From Lytechinus pictus (lineage: Eukaryota): 64,000 nt of DNA. Both the position numbers and the translations under genes were made by a program. The notes under the pieces are model-generated. The model worked only from the letters and a program-made list of their open reading frames with translations, did no database searches and was not told where the DNA came from. Positions 35,781 through 49,723 of the stretch are shown one piece after another. Where the stretch lies: assembly GCF_037042905.1 (NCBI RefSeq), contig NC_087245.1, forward strand, positions 14,138,001 through 14,202,000. The letters are read 5' to 3'. Position 1 is the first letter of the stretch. Every line of letters begins with the position of its first letter.

Positions 35781-35936
35781 GGGTCCATTTCATAGAGAGT
35801 TACAACTGTTGTAACTTTGCCATTATGGCAACTACCATGGTAACAGGGCTCAGCAGCCAATCAGAATCAAGGTTACCATGGTAGTTGCCATAATGGCAAA
35901 GTTACAACAGTTGTAAGTTCTTTAAGAAACCGGCCC
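35781..35936. mobile_element. Near-perfect palindromic MITE flanked by CWG
   Basis: Arms TTACAACTGTTGTAACTTTGCCATTATGGCAACTACCATGGTAAC and its exact reverse complement surround an AGCCAATCAG-containing loop. Confidence 0.85.
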
Positions 35937-36619
35937 CTGTAGCACTTCAAACCAGAGATCAATACTTATTTCATAAATCCTTCAAATGTATATATTGCTA
36001 AAAAAAGAAGTAGCACACAGATTTCTGGAAGAAAAAGTAGAAACCATTCAGGATGTGAGCCAAATGCTCATAACACAAACTATGCAGCATTGTAAAGGTT
36101 AAGGTCATGAACATAATATTAATTGAAAGAAGATTAATATGAAACTGGTCAACCCATTGACAATTGAATTCTCTAATACTCATATAGAGCTACCATCCAA
36201 TACGTTTTTGCCGTGAATAATTTTTTTTCCCCTCTGAACCTACGATTTTAATAACAAAAAATAATACCCTAGTATTTTATTGAAAAAGGTCATCTCTGTA
36301 TTTCTACTTCTTTTTAACTAACACAATGAATAGGCGATTGGATGAAATTAATTTTAAGTTACTAAGCTCAAGGTCAAACCGTCACAGGTCATTTGGGGTC
36401 AATATTTCGAAATACAGATTTGGGGGATCACTGAATACAGTTTTCTCATTCCCAGAGATTGGCAGGTTGGGTTCTTAGATTACGTTTACAAATCCCTTTT
36501 GTTTGTTGGAATTCCTTTATTTTTTTTTGTCATTATGATAAGTTTTTTGGGGTTGCACAAGTTTTGCAACTCTGCTCATTATATTGGCTGTGTAGAGGGA
36601 CCACCCAGCTCCAGTCCTG

Positions 36620-36791
36620 GTGGGTGTTTCATAAAGCTGTTCATAAGTTAAGAGTGACTTTAAGAATGACTGGTGATCCTTTCGTATGTGGTAAATGATT
36701 TATTCATTGGCGATGGTTTAGTGTGTAAGAAAGGATCACCAGTCATTCTTAAAGTCGCTCTTCACTTACGAACAGCTTTATGAAACGGCCC
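36620..36791. mobile_element. MITE family A copy (opposite orientation), CTG TSD
   Basis: CTG|GTGGGTGTTTCATAAAGCTG ... CAGCTTTATGAAACGGCCC|CTG. Confidence 0.9.
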
Positions 36792-39700
36792 CTGGTACTC
36801 CAGTAGGCAACATGCTAAGTGTATTGTTCTAGCCATGTTTTGATTAAGTTTCAGTGTAGAAATGTGTGCAGTTATGGTTTAGTAAAGAATGAAAAAGTGC
36901 TTTAAATTTTTTTTTTGCCTTGTCATTTATCTGCAAAAATGAGAAACCCCATTTGTGGGGACAAAATGGATGAAAATTTTGGTTAGTCAAACTTGTTTCT
37001 CAATCCTGAAAATGAAATTTTGAGGCCTTGGAAACATCATTTTCTCTTTTTTTCAAGCAAATGATGAGAACGTTGAACACGAACCCTTTATTCTTCGGGA
37101 AAACCACGTTGATACATGATACTTGATAGAGGAAACTTGATGATAATACATGGAGGTTTGGTGGAGGGGAAGCAGGAATATTCTCAAAGCTCTCATCTTC
37201 TGCAATGCATGCTTGAAATAATTCTCTCCTGTATAAAGGCTTTTGAGAAGCTCTGAAAAGAAATGGATTGAAAAGACAAACAGGGATGAGAAACGGTAGG
37301 AAAGGAATGCCGGAATGAAATATGCCTTCACAGGGGGGATGTGATGTGGAATGATGAAGAGAGGTTAGGATCAGTTCATATCTAGACTGGATTTAATGGC
37401 TGGAAAAACACACAGTCACATTTACCAGCAGAACTCATATTACTATATCATGTACCCATAGGATTTCAATGACAGTTTTCCTAATATTTTCATTATATTA
37501 TTATGACCCTCAATCACAAATAAAAAAAAATACAAGCATTATTGTGTTTAATCCATACAGTAGGATTAAAATTACCAATTTTGTGTGAATCGTGGCTGTA
37601 TTTTGATATTCTGAGACTCGCCATTACAAAAAGAAAGTGCAGTAAGGGTGTAGTAGAATAATATTGCGTGATATTTGCATACTAAAGGATTTCAATTGGA
37701 TTTCTTCATCATTATTAATTAGAATATTTACAAGTTTGTCACATTGTATTCGGATCAGATAGTATGTACTATTCTTTCAAGTTTCAATGGAAATCCCCTT
37801 CTTTATCCATTCAGATATTTAAGATTGATATATTCTATTACCATCTTTTCTTTAAAATTTTTGGTCATTGTTAGTTACTAATCTTGTTAATGAAAAGATG
37901 AAATTTCTGGGTTATTAATGCTTTATTACTGTGTACTGTGTAAAGATCTACAAGCATTGAAGATGACTTCTTTTACAAATTATACATAATGTATTTAATG
38001 TGTTTCACAGTTTTTGTTTTTGTTCTGCTTCCATGCTGCATTTTTTCAAGGGGGGTTGGGATAAATTTCCACACTGCTAACATTTTGTTTTTTAATGGTG
38101 TGCCATACCTATTTTTGTAAAGCAAATGTACTTATAAATGCAATTTTTATCATTTCTGCTTTACTTCTTTTTTTAATTTGGCAAGTGAGTGAAAAAAAAG
38201 ACAGATCATTATAGAGATGAATGAATTACAGGTAATGATTATTTGTCTTAGCATTTTTAGCATTCTTACAGAGATATTCTTAAAGCAGCTTGGTTATCCA
38301 AAGTTCATTTGATTTAAGAGAAAGAAAAATCAATTCATGTTTTATCACCATCAGAAGTTATGTCTACTTTCATGCTGTTACATGTTGTTTTATGCATGGA
38401 TACTTAGTTCAGGAACAGGAATTTTTTCTAATCAATATGAATCAATGATAATCGACCTATATTATTAAAATCAGTCTTTATGTTCAGTTCCTCAAATTTC
38501 CTTATTCTATAATAACATTAGATATTAAAGGTACATGCATCTTTACATTAGTGTCTAAAACTCAAGAGTATGTTTTATCTTTACAGCAAATTGTCCTATT
38601 CAGTTTCTGTAATTATGACATTTTATTTTTTACCATCCCAAGTATTTTTCAAAATTAGAATACAACTCTAACCAATAAAATTCAAGATTGTGTGACAAAT
38701 GAATCACTACTGACAGCAATTTATCACACTTATGTATCATTTATTGATATAAAAATTAATATATTGCAGGGGATTTTTACTTCCTTGATAGTATACAAAT
38801 ATAATTGATAGGCCTACATGATAATTGACATAAATTTATCATGCTGGGCATGTAATATCATTACAACAAGCTTCTAGAATTTCATTAGAATTAACAAATT
38901 TTGAAAACATTTGCTGGTACCACAAAATGCAATGCAGTCAATGTGATTCATTTTCATATCGCTTCAGATGTTGAATATATTTTTCCAGATAGTTATTAAA
39001 ATATCTGAATCCCTAAGAAAGCGCTTTGTGGGTGTCTAACGTGGGTTGCCGTGTGACTAACCTATATCGTGTACACTATATACTGCAACAAACAAATTCT
39101 CTAGGGCATACATATATTCTCCCCCTCAAACTACTACTAACTAAAGAAAGAGTTTTGTTCTCTGTGCTTGTGGTTTTGCTTTTCTTTTTCTTGATTTTGT
39201 ACTTGTCTTACTCAGTTTATAACAAATATGTCAATTTGGTTACCAACCTACTTTTTTTTGTAAGTATTTTTTTTTTACACAACCGTTGGGGGATAATGTA
39301 GTTGTTTGTTACTATTTCTGTATTTGATTTACTTATATTATTCTAGAAAGTATTTCTCTTTTGACACAATATCTGAGGGATGGTATTTATTTGTTTTGTT
39401 TTTTTGTCTATAATTGTGTTGAATCTACTTTCCTGTGCTTTATTTCATTCCTTTTTAAAACCTTTTTATTTCAAAACATGATTGACAGATGCCAGTATGT
39501 TATTATGGAATTCTCACACAACAGTCAGAGTTACCCCTGCGACTCCCATAAGACTTTGGTCATTTTCACAAAGTTATTATTTTTGTTTTTAACATGTTCA
39601 CCATAATATTGTTGCCAATTAATATACCCAACTTATGTAAATAGAATATAATATAAGAATAGAATATTAATAGAATGGCTTGAATGGTAGGTGACTACAG

Positions 39701-40556
39701 AATTTTTATGAGATACATAAGATCTAGAAGCATTCTCTCACCCTCCCCCATTTTGATTTTGATTTCTCAACCTCTTGCATATCGACTTCTGTTATTGCCA
39801 TAGACTTTCAGTCACCTTAAATTCCAGTGGGCAACAGGTTGGTTATATTCTCCTACTATCGATGAAATCTTTTTATTTTAAAAATTCTGAATTATATCAT
39901 CTGTATCTAGAAAAAAAAGCAATAAAGCATGACCATAGCATAGGAGACTCGGAGTTGTTTTTCACCCTTTAACATTAAAGATTAGTGGAAGTTTTTAGGA
40001 TGATGCACATAAATGAATGCAAATCTAGAAGGTAAGCACCTGCTTTGAGGAGCAGCTGCACCTGCCTGACTGGTCTATATCATATCCAATCAACTTCTAT
40101 ATCCTATCCTTTTCATCCTCATTTACATATCTCATTGGAAACGTTCTTTTGCTGTTCTTCAGTTCCAGTGTCTTCACCTTTAGTGGTAGAAGGTTGTTAT
40201 GAGATACATGTATGCACTGCCTATAGGTCCCTCCCATCTTGATCTTTGGATAAGAAATCTTTTCTCTCCTTTTCTTTAATCCGACATGCAAGAAGTAACA
40301 AGACATTGGCGTGCTCTTTAAGACTTTTCAATAACCCTTTCTCTTTTCTCTATTTGGATTATTTATCAGTAAGCCTTACTATTTAGCTTACTACTACTAT
40401 TTTTTGTCAGTAGTGGACTGCAGACCATGTACTTTTACAGTAAACACCCCCCCCCCCCATTCCCATTCTCTGTAGAGGAAAGTGCCCAGACTTTTTATCC
40501 ATGGGTTTCAAGTTCATATTGTTTTCTGAAGGTAGATGAACAAATCTAAATGCAAA

Positions 40557-40868
40557 GGCCCGTATTCTGAAGTCGGGTTTAACTAAAACTCAGGTTTAAA
40601 GTTGTGGTTTAAGTATGGACAGCCAAAAGTATCAATTTTTTTTTATTAAGTTGTATGTTTCTTATGTTTACTGTGCTCTTTCCTGATTCATCGATGGTGA
40701 AGACAATCATCTATTTATACTTCCTACACAATTATGAATGATTTGAGAGCCGAATGAGCTGAAGTTTGATATCTCTACCGTTGGTTATTATGTAACAATT
40801 GGCTGTCCATACTTAAACCACGAATTTAAACCTGAGTTTAAGTTAAACCCGACTTCAGAATATGGGCC
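40557..40868. mobile_element. MITE with ~70-bp TIRs
   Basis: GGCCCGTATTCTGAAGTCGGGTTTAACT...AAGTATGGACAGCCAA is inverted at 40799-40868. Confidence 0.9.
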
Positions 40869-43800
40869 AAAGCATTCAAGGAGATTCTCCCATTGCAATC
40901 CATGCCATTAGTAACTAAAGATATTTAAACCAAATCCAACCACAGCAATCTCTGAAATGAACAGTCTCTGAAAGTTGAGTTTCTTGGGTAAAGGAGGGTC
41001 AATTGAACACAGCCTATCTTCTGCCAAATCTCAGCCAAGATTCCATCATCATTTCAGAGTTTGGAGTGTAAGCAAGTATACGGGATAGATCAGTGGAATT
41101 GAGTTTTGGTGACAGCAAAGATCCTTCAATTTTTTTCTTTCATAATTCCCAGGAATGTCTTTTCCATTCCCTGGCTTCATGAAGAGAATGAAAATTTCAG
41201 AAGATTTAAAGAATGTCGGATATTCAAGATGTGGAAATACCTTTATTACTTATTAATTTCGCTGACAAATATCAGTCTTTGTACGTGCCATGTTTTGTTC
41301 TGCTTATATATTTTTTTTAATTAAAAAAGACTCTTATTTATATCCATTTCAATGAATTTTCAACTTTGAGCTTGTTTCATTTGCTATATAAATTTGAATC
41401 CATTTAGATTTCCCCCAAACTGACAAACAAAACAAGTATTAAAGATAAATGTTTTTATGTACATTATACATTTTTCCTCTGTATTTTGTTATGCATTTAT
41501 GAAATTTTGAGGTCTTTCCTTACTATGAATATTAAATTGGTTCAGCATGCATCTAAATAAAAGGAGTGCAAGATATTTATAGATCAACTGTGAAAATACT
41601 ATGAGTCTGAAAGAACAAATTAAAACCATTTCAAGATGGCTGTATTTTCAATCTCTTGTGCATACATGGCTTGAAACCCCTTGAAGACTTCCCCATATGA
41701 CTGCTTAAAATTTCTTACATTGTACTTGTAATTGTGACTGTGCGTGGATTATCCCAAGGGTAATATGTCATAATCAATCACTGTTTGACGTAAACAAATC
41801 ATCAAATAAATTATATTAGTTTCGCTGAAGCTTGTTTAATTTAGCGAAAGTTCTCTTTATTCATAGCAGAATGGATTAACTCTATTGGTAATCTATTTTT
41901 TGTCAGGTGAAGTTTATTATGTCATGTTTAGAACTATATGTAGTTGATTTACTTTCTATTGGCGTAAATCTCAATAAGAAATTCTTTAAATACTTTCATG
42001 TAATGATTTGATACATTGATTGAATAGTTCAAGGTAAGTGAAATTTTACTGTTTAATAAATTTTTATTATCAAGATATACAGATTACTTGAATATTGATA
42101 TGTGTGGTCAACCTTATTAATGTCAATCTTTTTAGTATATATCTTCATTTTTTCTTTCATTTAAATATTTATAATCATTTCATTTATTATTATTTCTTCA
42201 GCTTTCCTCCATGTCTTTCATTATCTGTCTTAGATTTATTTATTTATCAATGGATTCATTGTGTTTTTCCTTCAATCATTATACATTTTGGTTTTGAAAA
42301 TCTGCAAATGGCAAAAATACAGTGACAAGAAATGGCTTGTAACATTGAAATTACTTCATCGGTTCCCGGTTATTTTTAACAACAGGTTTTAGAATAACAT
42401 CATTTCTTATGTATTACCAGACACCTTGCCCATTGAGTAATGTATTGTGAATCATACCTGATCATATACTGGAATGTATTCTACCTCATTCACTTATCTT
42501 TAGAACATGTCAATTGATAAGCAAGACATATCAAGAATACCATAGATAGCTACATCCGAGACGACAATCACTCTAGATAAAGTTCCATGTTATTCGTAGG
42601 ATTTCTGTATAAAGGTGATAGGTGTGCCCCCGATTCCTCATTGAAAAGTTAATCGACTGTAGGCTCCGTGTCATACAAGCGGGTGCTGTGGAAATGATTA
42701 TTATTTTAATGGAAATAACGCCAGAAATTTAGAGTGTCCTGATAATTGAAACTGATTATTGCTCGCTTGTTGTGCAGCCTTAACTCACACAAGGGAGCCG
42801 AGGGGGGTTTTGCCATAGCTTAGTATACAGCTTGTTTCCATTTTGTGGGAGAATTCAATGAGAAGTTTATTTTGAATTGATTTACATATATAGGGTTCAG
42901 CATTTATGATATATTAGAAATGGGGCATGGCAAGAAGGCAGGCATCAAGAATGGAAGCAAATTAGTCCACAGAAAGGGAAATTATGATTATGGAGAGTGT
43001 ACTATATTTCAGTTGATTGACACAGACAGGGTTCAGCATTTTTTTATTTTTGTAATGGAAAAATAGAAAGAGAAAAGTGGCACTAATAAGAAGCAGAGAA
43101 ATATGAAGGGAGGGGGGCTTGAGACGATATATAATTGCCGAGGATCCTCTTAGTTTACCAGTGGAATGAAGAAAAAAATGTAATGATTAACAAACTGAGA
43201 AGATATCTTCAGTAAACATGTCCTCATATTGTCCTATTATTAAAGTTGTGTGAATTTGAATGACAGATTCTCATAATAAATTACATTTGGTTCTGCTTTT
43301 ATTTTGGGATTGTCACTGAAAGCACATAATGAAAACATATCATTTTGGTCTAAAGTGTGATATGAATGATATGATTTTATCAGTTTTCAAATGAAATGAA
43401 TTCGCAATGAAGAGAGAATAGATCCCTTATGGCTTTAAGAATTATATTCATTTATTATTACTCCCACTCCTGGCATTTCTGTTGGATTATAAAAAGAATT
43501 TCATCTTAGCCTTGCAATTCATCATCTATGAATAGAATAGCTGTCATATTCTATTTCTGTTTTTTTTTATGATTGAGAAGATTAATGACTGCTATGCATG
43601 TTTTGACATGCAAGCTGATGTATGTGCGTAAGTCTACATTTATTAATGATATGGATAATTTCAAAGATAGTTTTGAATTTATCCTTGCTTTGGTCATCTT
43701 AGAGCATCAAGGCTGTTTAACATAAAGCGTACAGTTTATCTTACAATTAGTGGTAGGATAAATGTAAGTCTGTACTAGATTATTAAAAAAGTATTTGCTA

Positions 43801-45013
43801 TCATTTATTATGAATATGAATCTCTTAATGTCACAATGCTTGGGTACCATTTTTGTTTCAGTCATGGTATCTGATAGATTAATTACAAAAAATAAAAATA
43901 CGGGTTAGCAACATTCCTTTCTGTGTTATCATATCTAAATGCTGAATTTAATGAACAAAATAGGATAGGGTTCAACCACAGTAGACCAGGGATAATTGAA
44001 ATAATGTAAGCAAAGCGTTAATTTATTGGCATATAAAGTTATGTGTATGTTTTCAACAAAGCACAGTGCAAATCTTTGAAAATTCAAGTTTAATTATATT
44101 CACACACAGAAAGCGGAACTCATCGGTCTTTAGAAAAAATATTGAACCTTTAGAAATTGCTTGTGGCTAGAGAGATATCAATGAGGAGACTTGGGAATGA
44201 TTAATCTTTAAAGTGTGATTTCGGTGGCAAAAACAAGCCCCAAGATCCAGGAATTCATTCTTCTTCCGTTTCTCTTGCCTGAAGCTCTCTATAAACATTC
44301 GTCTGATTTACGACGAAACTCAAGCAAGCTTCTCTTCCTCTTGTTTTTATTCTCACTTTGAAAAATATCACATATTCCGTTTCTTCATCTACCTAAGTTG
44401 CTATTAATTCAAATTCAAATTGGCCTTGCAATGATATATTACTGTATAGCCATGAGTCTGGTCTGCAGTCGCGGTTGTGATTATACTATTGGGAGAGAGA
44501 TGTTAAGAAATGTGTTGTTTTTTGGTAGAGACTGACCTGGGGGGCATTAAAATAGAGCAATAGAGAGAGTAGTGCAGAGAATGTCATTTATGGATTGGGA
44601 AATGTTATTTGATGATCATGACTTGAATGGGATGTGAACGGAAGAAAGAAGTGGTGTAGCTGAAGTCGATTTGAAGATGGAGAGAGAGCGCAAAGGAATT
44701 AACAGGATGAAAGAAAAAAGGACAGAACTAACTATCAACAAGGGAAGACAAAGAGTTGGCTGTAGTGACTAATAGAGGGACCAAAAGAAAAAAAAAAGTA
44801 AGAGGGGGAGAGAGAGAGAGATACAGATCTACAGTAGATATGAATACACTCCTATTTTCCTGCATTCTACTTTTTCAAGATTAAAATAAAAATCTGAAAA
44901 GGATTAAGTAATCTAGAATTAGTAGCTCTTAAGATGTTTTCTGTTTATTTAAAATTAGGAATTTCAAAAATTGTTTTGCAGTTTTCACTGCACGAAGCTT
45001 TAAAAATAACTGA

Positions 45014-45240
45014 GCCAACTGGAATGTTTGCTGAGTTGGTAGAGCGTCCGTCTCACAACCGGGAGGTCGGGAGTTCAAACCCCGGCCATGTCAGACCAAA
45101 AGACATTAAAAGATGGGAGTTGCTGCTACCCTGTTGATCTGGTGCTGTACAGTGGCTGCCAGGCCCACAATCAATTGGGCAAAGCAAGTTTTCAGAGTAT
45201 TTCATTCATGTCTATTTGGAACATTAAAATATGGATTTTT
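45014..45240 (+). mobile_element. tRNA-derived SINE (decayed)
   Basis: Pol III A-box-like GCTGAGTTGGTAGAGCG and B-box GGGAGTTCAAACCCC at tRNA spacing. The acceptor stem is imperfect and the sequence continues into a non-tRNA body. 3' boundary approximate. Confidence 0.75.
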
Positions 45241-45952
45241 TGGTATTCGTCCTTCATTTTTCATTATAGTTACTTTAAACAGCTTGTTTCAATTCTTGTG
45301 GAGTTTTTATTGAATGTAAATCAATAAGGTATTGTGATTGTATTTTAGTGATGGGTTTATTGATAATGATTTTGTATTTTATTGGTTATGACAGTTAAAC
45401 AGGTGATGCAATAAAAAGAGATATTTGGAAAGAATTTTGTCTTCATCCTTACGATCATCACCAGTTTACTGCCCGCCCTGCGATCTCTCGTACCTCGATG
45501 TCAAGTATGGCGAATATTATAAAGTCATCAGCATATTTGCATTCATCCCTCGACAGCAATGCATATTTACTCAGTGTTCAGTTCCAATCCTGACATGCAA
45601 ACAAACTAGAAGAACGAGAGTAGAAAGATTGGAATATATTAGATCCTGTCAAAGCCTATGTAATTAGATGTCATGGAGAGATGGAGAGAGATAGAAAGGT
45701 GGAGTCGGGTGTCTTTGTCGCCTAATATCTTGTTGTTTGTTTTACACATCGAGCGGTGGTGAAAAAAGAGAAGTCTAAGTCATATTTCCTCCTCTTTTTT
45801 TGATTGCAGCTAAAAGACAGTTGAATCATACTAAACACTGAGGCAGAGTCTTTATTGCTCCAATCAAATGGTTGGTTTGTAAATAGAGGGAAGATATCAA
45901 AATGGTGATGGAATTTGAAAGTCCTGTACAGATATACTTGTTTGCTGTCATA

Positions 45953-46456
45953 TATGCTTTTCACACTGTACTTTTTTGCCTTATCCCCGGGAAATTGGTG
46001 GGGCTAAGGGGGGGGGCCTTAGACCCACCAATTTCCCAGGGTTAAGCTTAGCCCCCTTCGTTTTCACACTACGTTTTAGCAAAGTGGGCTAGCACGGTAA
46101 ATAGTACGGTACTATCTGGCCCTGCAAGAAAGCAGGGTTAGCCAGCTTATTGTGGTGCTAGCACCACAATTGAGGTGCTAAGAGATCCAGTGTGAAACGA
46201 AACTGGGCTAAGGAAAAGTGGGGCTAAGCAATAGCCAATCACAGAAGTCGAAATTGCACGTTAATCACGCTCCGTATGGTAAAATCATCAATATTCATGA
46301 GCTGTGTGATTGCCCGGGGTTAAGGCGTTAACCCGGCTAAGCAGATAGTATGGGGTTAAGAAAGACAGTGTGAATTTAAAAAAAATAGTATGGGGTTAAG
46401 GATAGTCCGGGGTTAAGGATAGTATGGGGTTAAGGAAATGCAATGTGAAAAGCATA
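45953..46456. mobile_element. Harbinger-type MITE with GGGG(T/C)TAAG subrepeats
   Basis: ATA|TATGCTTTTCACACTG ... CAATGTGAAAAGCATA|ATA (3-bp TSD). Confidence 0.85.
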
Positions 46457-46787
46457 ATAATGTGTAAAAGATGCTATGCATCCAGGGTATAGTCCTCATT
46501 TAAAGGGAAGGTCACTCCGGGAATAACTTGTTTCAATGAGAGGAGATTATTGATTGCAAAGGAAAAAATATAAACAAAATTGTGAGATAAGAGGAAGTAA
46601 GTTTTTTTTTAATGTTGTGTTTGAAGTTTTCAAGTTCCTTTTTTTTTGGGGGGGGGGGTTCGATCACATTATTAAGATCTTTGTAAACTCTTATTTTCAA
46701 TCACTATTCTCCTCAGTGTTAACTTCTTTTGATTGCATTTTACCTTGCTTTCTCTTTATGATAAGTAATGCTTTCCAGCATGACCTG

Positions 46788-47526
46788 GTGGGTGTTTCAT
46801 AAAGCTGCTGGTAAAATACGAGCAACTTTAAGAATGAATATTAAATGGTGAATATCATTCACCACAAGAAAGGATCACCAGTTGTTCTTAAAGGACAAGT
46901 CCACCCCAACAAAAAGTTGATTTGAATAAACAGAGAAAAATCCAACAAGCAAAACACTGAAAATTTCATCAAAATCGGATGTAAAATGAGAAAGTTATGA
47001 CATTTTTAAGTCTCGCTTAATTTCACAAAACAGTTATATGCACATCCTGGCTGGTATGCAAATGAGGAGACTATGACGTCATCCACTCACTATTTCTTTT
47101 GTATTTTATTATATGAAATATGAAATATTCTAATTTTCTCCTCATTGTCAAGTGATACAATGATTAATCCCTCCCTGAACATTTGGAATTAGCATTGTTT
47201 AATACTATATGGTTCAGTCAAGTTGGTCCTTATTGTCAAATCTATGAAAAATGAAATATTGTATAATTCAAACAATAAAAAACAAAATAAATAGTGAGTG
47301 AGGGACATCATCGACTGAGTCACCTCGTTGTGCATATCACTGTTTTATGAAAAATAAGCGAAACTTTAAAATGTCAAATCTTTCTTATTTTACATCCGAA
47401 TTTGATTAAATTTTCAGCACTATGCTAGTTTGATTTTTTACTATTTATTCAAGTCAGCATTTTCCTGGGATAGACTTGACCTTTAAAGTCACTCTTAATT
47501 TACGAACAGCTTTATGAAATGGCCCC
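46788..47526. mobile_element. MITE family A copy split by a TTAA-inserting element
   Basis: CTG TSD on both sides. Removing the insert restores GTTCTTAAAGTCACTCTTAA, as in the other copies. Confidence 0.85.
46892..47482. mobile_element. Kolobok-like non-autonomous element (TTAA TSD, AGG...CCT ends)
   Basis: TTAA|AGGACAAGTC ... GACTTGACCT|TTAA with long imperfect inverted arms (AAAATTTCATCAAAATCGGATGTAAAAT and its complement). The superfamily is inferred from the ends only. Confidence 0.8.
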
Positions 47527-49105
47527 CTGATCCTGTGTAATTATTATCCATTCATCACTAATTTCTTCATGGGTTCATTGATAGAGAAACCATAAGATTA
47601 TGATAACTTTGGTAATATGACTACTACCATGCATGGTAAAAGGACTCTGCAGCAAATAAGAAAAAAAATCCATGCTTTTAATTATCATTGCATCAAAGAT
47701 GTTATACTGACACATGGGGGCAACAATGTACTCGGATGAAGAGTTTGCCAACTGACAAAAAACAATTAGATGACAGTCTTTTCCGATTTGCACACATTTC
47801 CTATTCTTTGATCAATTTAAGATCTCAAATAACAGGACCTGCTGCTGGTAAATGATCTCTTCATTAAAAGAGGTTTATGGGTCCCTTTACTCTTTACATT
47901 AGATGCCTTTTTTCTTTATTGCAGTAATTGGTAAAGAGGTTTGGAGCAACATTCAAACGATGGGATGGCATCCTTTGATGGCAGCCTTATACATGTACCT
48001 GATACACATGAGAGTGTAAACCCTAAATGTGACAAAATTACAATTGCTAAGCTGGTTTCAATCTAGGTGCCACTAATAAACATGTATGGTTGGACCTACC
48101 CCTTATTGACCACCTAATTATCTAAGCACGGTATTTTGGGAAAAATTATTAACAGTTTTACCTAGTTTTTGTCTCATTTGTGCAGAAACTTTAGCTGATC
48201 AGAATGCCATGTTTAGATCGACGACTCACATTATATGCACATAGATATCATCAACCAACCAATGTGACGATTTCAAATTTGCTCATTAACACACCTTTTT
48301 AGGACCGCGACCACCCGCCATTCACTAATTTTGCGGCCGATTCTTGTCACACTGGCGAAATATTTTCACTCTTCCAAGTCAGTTCTTTGATATCATCATG
48401 CTGGTTGATTGTCTCGCTACTTCCATCGCGAGCTCCGGCAAGTGATTTGATGATTGACTACAGATATTGTTCAAAAGCCATTTCTTAACTGATTTCTTGG
48501 TATGAAGAGCTATTTTGCAGCGGGGTTTAGTTCTAGTCAATACATTTTGATAAATTCTACAAATTTGCTACCTTTTTGTTCTTCATTTTCTCCCATAAAA
48601 TCAATTCTTATTGTTCTTATGGACACTGCCTACTCTCTCTTGCGTAGCATGTGTAATACAAAATTATCTTAATGCGCACAAGGTGGTCGATTTCGAAAGA
48701 GGTGGTTGATATGTGGTGGAATCACTGTACAGCTGGAGGGTGTGGTGGGGACAAGACCGGATGAAGGTGATGTGAAGGTCAATTCAGACCACATATTGCA
48801 GCTATCCCTAGTCGTAGATGGTAGTACGAGTATAGTTGATCTCCACCAAGATTATTTTTGTGGGGGGGGGGGGGTGAGTCACTTCTGACCTTTATCTGAA
48901 TTATATGATTTAAATTACCCATTTGAATATCTGGGCTCGTTCTCCAACCGTTTATAATCCGTCATTTAAATTTACATCTTTAAAATTTCATGAATGAATG
49001 ATAACACCTATCCAAGGGAGATTCTTTACATCAGCAAAGGGATGGGTATTTATTGCTGGTCAAATGTCTTTCACAAAGACTGAAGGGAAATTTACCAGAG
49101 ACTGA

Positions 49106-49723
49106 TACCCCTTTCATATTGCGCCTTTCACCGGCGAACTTCACCGGTGAAGTTCGCCGGTGAACTTCTCCACCTCTAGAGGTGGCGAACTTCGCCGGCG
49201 AAACTGTTTCACCGGCGAAGTTCGCCGGTGAAAAGGCCAGTATGAAAGCAAACCGGAGAACTTCTCCTCTTTAATGACGTCAGAGGTCAATTTTTTTCTC
49301 TCCCGAAGTCCCCTGTACCGAGATTCCGCGCGCGATAGTTGCAAGCTCAGCTGAATGCTATGGCCAAGTATAGATACCCTCGAACATTATTTTTTTTACT
49401 AACAATATTTATTAAAAAGCACTTTTTACATGTATAAAATGCGCTAAGATATAAAAACAAGGTGATATTGTTTGTTTTTATCGTAATACTTCCAAAATAT
49501 GTTGTAATTAATTTTTTTGATACCTTTTTGTAATAGGTAAGAAGTAATGTTTACAATTTTCTTTCGTTTGTTCTGCAATCGCCCGTTGACTTTCGCCGGG
49601 GAAGAAATGTCAGTGCGAAAGGGTACATTTTTTTCTTCGCCGGGGAAGTGAGGAATGCGAGGCGGAGAAGTTTGCCGGCGAAGTTCGCCGGTGAAAAATG
49701 AAGAGGGCAGTATGAAAGGGGTA
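49106..49723. mobile_element. Harbinger-type MITE with CCGGCGAACTTCGCCGG palindromic subrepeats
   Basis: TGA|TACCCCTTTCATA ... TATGAAAGGGGTA|TGA (3-bp TSD). CpG-rich, so probably young. Confidence 0.9.

Noticed and set aside
45018..45090. Functional tRNA gene
   Set aside because: Acceptor and anticodon stems are mispaired, no poly-T terminator follows directly, and it continues into a SINE-like body.
46499..46610. TTAAAGGGAAGGTCACTCC, possible left end of another Kolobok-like element
   Set aside because: No matching right end or TSD found; too decayed to delimit.
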